A stretch of DNA of 64,000 nt, taken from NCBI GenBank assembly GCA_965287045.1, contig OZ336876.1, forward strand, positions 26,102,001 through 26,166,000, read 5' to 3'. The position numbers and the translations under genes are program-made. The stretch is from Carcharhinus amblyrhynchos (lineage: Eukaryota). The notes beneath the pieces were generated by a model. That model saw only the letters and a program-made list of their open reading frames with translations. It had not been told where the DNA came from and made no database searches. The first letter of the stretch is position 1, and each line of letters opens with the position of its first letter. This document shows, piece by piece, positions 62,540 through 64,000 of the stretch.

Positions 62540-63480
62540 TTTATTTCTCCCGCAGATCTTCATTGATCTTTCCTTCTGTGCATCAATGCTTCCTATTTCA
62601 ACCATTCCATCTGACTGCTCCACATTCTCACCACTCTCTGTGGAAAGAAATTCCACTTAAATACTTAATTTGATTTGATGGTGGCTATCTGGTAGTTATG
62701 CCTCTTTGTTCTGGGCTCACACACAAATGGAAACTGCTTCCTCATGCCCATCTTATCTCACCCTTTCGTAATTTTAAAGACCTCTATTCGAATTGTACTT
62801 TTCAGAGAAAATGGCCCTAGCCTTTTCAGTCTTCCCAAATAGTTGCATCTTCTCAATTCTGGTAACATTCTTTTAAATCTTTTCTGCATTTTCTCGAAGG
62901 CTTCAATATCCTTTTTGCAGTGTAGACCACCCCAAGGATGAAAACAAACTTATCATTACCCCTTTGCTCTGTGTTCAGTTCCTTTAGAAATGAATCCCAG
63001 ATTTAGTTTTGCATTCTTTGTGGCTTTTTCAATTTGTGATATTACTTAAACAACTCACGTCTGTATTCATGAATTGTGATGCTTCCATACTCCACTTAGT
63101 TTTTTTATCTTCCAGTCCTCCTCATTTCTATGACCGAAAAGAGCCTCTTCACTGTGTCAGATTTAGTTTGCCATTTATCTGACCAATCTGCAAGGTTGTT
63201 TGTGTCTTTTGTATTTTGCTGCAATCTTCAATCATTAATTACATCCCCCAGTTTGACATTATCTTCAAATTTCAACAACATACCCTCCAATTCCTAAACC
63301 TAAATTACTTGTAGTTGACAAAGTAGTTCCGGCGTAAGCCCCTCTTGGGTAGGTGCCATTTTCTGGGTATCAGATAAACTTCCCTTCGCTCCTCATCCCT
63401 GTTTTCTGTATCATAGCCAGATTTCAATCTCTTCTGCTTTCTGCCAGCTGACTCCACGTGTCCTGATCTTTATTGCAATT
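62540..63480 (-). mobile_element. Highly decayed CR1 fragment
   Basis: Recognisable reversed CR1 motifs such as CCACATTCTCACCACTCTCTGTGGAAAGAAATT and GTAATTTTAAAGACCTCTAT. Confidence 0.6.
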
Positions 63481-64000
63481 CTTCGACATCCTGAACAAAA
63501 TTCAGGCTTTTTTTCCTTTTACTGCAACAGCCTTCATTTTAATTTCATTAATGGCATAAAACTAAAGCTAAAAAATCCTGTTTCCTCATGTTATCAAGCC
63601 CGTACCTCAGAAAAGCACCCCACAGTATGATTTGCTTCCACACTTAACAGGGGATAAATTAATCTGCATAGTAGTACTTGCAGTACTCAGACTTAGGTCA
63701 ACTGCTCACAGCAGTCAGCCCTATATAGGCTACCAAACTAGTAGTAGTAATAAATTTGGAATCCTCATGTGGCCATTAATTGGGCCAAGATTAATCGGGT
63801 TAGCTGAAACAAAATGGCCGCTGAATCTCTGTCTTATTGGTTGAAGTTTTAATTGTTAATTGGGTTAGCTGGAATAACATTTCGCCAAAGCTTTCTCTTG
63901 TAATGCATAGCTTCCTCTAAGAGTTCCATATAAATATGGCTACTGTAACCATTGGTTCAGAGAGAAGCACTCCTTTACATGCAAGTTGAATCCACCAACT

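Noticed and set aside
34771-64000. MCPH1 terminal BRCT exons
   Set aside because: No plus-strand sequence recognisable as MCPH1 was found, so no MCPH1 feature is reported.

Overview
AT-rich, repeat-dense vertebrate genomic DNA, almost certainly from a cartilaginous fish (shark), judged by HE1-type V-SINEs, a SacSINE1-like DeuSINE, HER1/CR1 LINEs and Penelope-like elements. The only intact host gene visible is the 5' part of angiopoietin-2 (ANGPT2) on the minus strand: coding exon 1 (34141-33860), a 28.1 kb intron 1 and exon 2 (5710-5555). Exon 3 onward was not found and presumably lies left of the window. Most other ORFs in the track are spurious or transposon-derived. Three observations stand out. 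(1) A young chimeric CR1 insertion (51302-52390) carries, 5' of the LINE, an unspliced genomic piece of a DDX43-like DEAD-box helicase gene: one 88-nt exon with both splice sites and intron flanks, i.e. apparent LINE-mediated 5' transduction. (2) Two Penelope-like families with ~12-13 bp target-site duplications and inverted ends carry minimal hammerhead-ribozyme cores, one with the compensatory U3-A8 variant. (3) A family of Harbinger-like non-autonomous elements keeps a subterminal hairpin whose pairing is conserved while its sequence is not. All homology calls are from recalled sequences, not database searches, and coordinates of decayed transposons are approximate.
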